From Holophagales bacterium (GTDB taxonomy: Bacteria; Acidobacteriota; Thermoanaerobaculia; Multivoradales; Multivoraceae): a stretch of 41,293 nt of DNA. The notes beneath the pieces are model-generated. The model searched no databases. It was given only the letters and a program-made list of their open reading frames with translations, and was not told where the DNA came from. The translations under genes were made by a program, and so were the position numbers. The DNA lies in the NCBI GenBank assembly GCA_009837085.1, contig VXUF01000077.1:16186-57478 (forward strand), written 5' to 3'. Of this stretch, positions 39,942 to 41,293 are shown one piece after another. Each line of letters opens with the position of its first letter. Position 1 is the first letter of the stretch.

Positions 39942-41293
39942 CCGGCCGCCATGTAGCCGCGCTTCTGATTCTCGCGGCGCAGCCCCGATAGCGTGTAGGT
40001 GTTGCTCTTCAGCCGGTTGCACGGCCCGCAAAGCAGGATGCGGTTCGAGACGTGGTTGATCCCGCCGTCCGAGCGCGGCGTGTTGTGGTCCAGTTCCAGG
40101 TAGCGGGGATCGTCGAACGCCCGGTCGCAACCCTGGCAGCGTGGGCCGTGCTGTTCGAGCAGGTATTCGTACATCTCCGCTCGCGTCCATCGTGGTCCGT
40201 CCGGTTCCTTCACCCGTACCTTGACTCGGAGGAACGGGGCGGAGGTTTCACCGTCGTCCGTCCGTTCCGGCGGGTCTGCTATGAGCGGAATATCGCCCAG
40301 CTTGAAGTCACCGAGCAGTGCGTCTTTCTCAAGTCGGTCGATAACGGTCTGGTGAGCATCATTCCAGATGTCGATTCCTACCCACTGACGGCCGAGCCGT
40401 TCGGCCGCTACCAGCGTGGTGGCACAGCCCGCAAAGGGGTCAAGCACCACGTCACCTTCATTGCTAGAAGCCTTGATGATCCGTTCGTAAAGCTCTAGTG
40501 ACTTCTGCGTCGGCCAGCCCGTTTTCTCCGGGTCGGTCGGACTGGCTATTCGCTTCACATCGGGCCACCAGTCGTTTACCGGAGTTCCCTTCGGATTCAA
40601 CCCTTGCTCGAAGTACTTGCCCTTGACGGCGGTTCTCCCGCGCTGTTGAGTGCCAGCCGAATAGGGTCGATAGACCGGGCTGTAGTGATAATCGGCGGTC
40701 TTGGTGTAGCGCAAGATGTAGTCATGCTTGCGAGGAAAGTCGCGTTTTGGGATGCCTCCACCCGCATAGCACCAGACAAGCTCGTTACGGAAGTTCCGCC
40801 ATCCGAAGATGGCGTCCATGACGGCCTTCAGGTAGTGACTGGCGGTGGGGTCGCAGTGCAGATAGATCGTGCCTGTTGGTTTGAGCACGCGACGCATGGC
40901 GAGTAGGCGTACAGCCATGAAGCAGAGGTATGCCGCCATGCCGTCTGAGTGCGTGTCCCGTGCCCCGTTGATTGCTCGCATCAAACCGGGATGGTCGTCC
41001 GTGATCTCGTCTACCCACTCCTCGTGGACATCCCGCTCCCAGGTCCATCGATCCTGGAACTTCGCCCCGGCCGCGAGGCTGCTCGGCGTCGCGTGGAAGT
41101 CCCGCCCCTTGTTGAACGGCGGATCGGTGGCAATGAGGTCCACGGACTCAGAGTTCATCGCTCGCAGGAAGGTGAGGTTGTCGCCGTGGAACAGCGTCCG
41201 ATTCTTCCAGTTCGGTTCGGCGGGTAGAATTCCGGCGCGTCCCGCGTCCCGCGTCCCGCGTCCCGCGTCCCGCGTCCCGCGTCCCGCGTCCCG
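39938..41293 (-). CDS. Beta-class amino-DNA methyltransferase fused to a C-terminal HNH endonuclease; 5' end beyond the window
   Basis: PNWKNRTLFHGDNL lies upstream of the annotated ATG (41158), followed by TDPPFN, WPTQK, DPFAGCATT, then CQGC..ELDHNTPRSDGG..N..LLCGPCNRLK. The frame is stop-free to the window end. Confidence 0.9.
   Translation of the reverse strand, partial: RDAGRGTRDAGRGTRDAGRAGILPAEPNWKNRTLFHGDNLTFLRAMNSESVDLIATDPPFNKGRDFHATPSSLAAGAKFQDRWTWERDVHEEWVDEITDDHPGLMRAINGARDTHSDGMAAYLCFMAVRLLAMRRVLKPTGTIYLHCDPTASHYLKAVMDAIFGWRNFRNELVWCYAGGGIPKRDFPRKHDYILRYTKTADYHYSPVYRPYSAGTQQRGRTAVKGKYFEQGLNPKGTPVNDWWPDVKRIASPTDPEKTGWPTQKSLELYERIIKASSNEGDVVLDPFAGCATTLVAAERLGRQWVGIDIWNDAHQTVIDRLEKDALLGDFKLGDIPLIADPPERTDDGETSAPFLRVKVRVKEPDGPRWTRAEMYEYLLEQHGPRCQGCDRAFDDPRYLELDHNTPRSDGGINHVSNRILLCGPCNRLKSNTYTLSGLRRENQKRGYMAAG
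41237..41293 (-). repeat. Heptanucleotide simple sequence repeat, (GCGTCCC) x8 or more; (GGGACGC)n on the coding strand
   Basis: Eight perfect units at 41237-41292 plus 1 nt, running off the window edge. Confidence 0.95.

Larger units (their letters stand above)
38893..41293 (+). mobile_element. IS1595-family element, probably carrying a passenger gene; right end not in the window
   Basis: Abrupt AT-rich GGGGATTATAACTAAAC candidate left end, then promoter and transposase. The transposase stop overlaps the convergent MTase-HNH stop, leaving no intergenic space for a right inverted repeat. Confidence 0.7.

Noticed and set aside
40683-40693. TAGTGATAATC as the right inverted repeat of the IS1595
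   Set aside because: Only a 10/11 match to part of the reverse-complemented left end, lacks the terminal CCC, and sits mid-gene in the intact methyltransferase.
41237-41293. Terminal repeat as a CRISPR array or telomere
   Set aside because: Contiguous 7-nt units without spacers, no cas genes, and the tract lies in an open reading frame.

Overview
High-GC bacterial DNA. The VWFA-type protein, the ECF/FecR locus and the gene style suggest Acidobacteriota, possibly a marine or sponge-associated lineage (inference only). Bases 1-10552 hold a tightly overlapping his-trp superoperon (hisC partial, hisB, H, A, F, IE, then trpE, G, D, C, F, B, A). Next come a small membrane ORF, a PP-loop ATPase-AraC fusion, an NRAMP-like transporter, a VWA-type protein, an EamA transporter, an ECF sigma / ZAS-FecR anti-sigma / ABC-2 exporter operon, arfB and a PQQ-type beta-propeller. 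The accessory block at 26-32 kb has three paralogous 'DPW' membrane proteins around an alpha/beta hydrolase and two tandem outer-membrane beta-barrel genes. A VapBC toxin-antitoxin pair in this block sits between two copies of a barrel gene's 3' end. It is followed by a methyltransferase, GPP34, a GH15-otsB/otsA trehalose cluster and a TAT-less reductive dehalogenase-like gene. The window ends with an IS1595-family element that apparently carries a DNA methyltransferase-HNH fusion. That gene's 5' coding region runs through a (GGGACGC)n heptamer repeat, a candidate phase-variable, mobile single-gene R-M system. A REP-like palindrome family is dispersed at about 19.9, 23.6, 24.7 and 26.1 kb.
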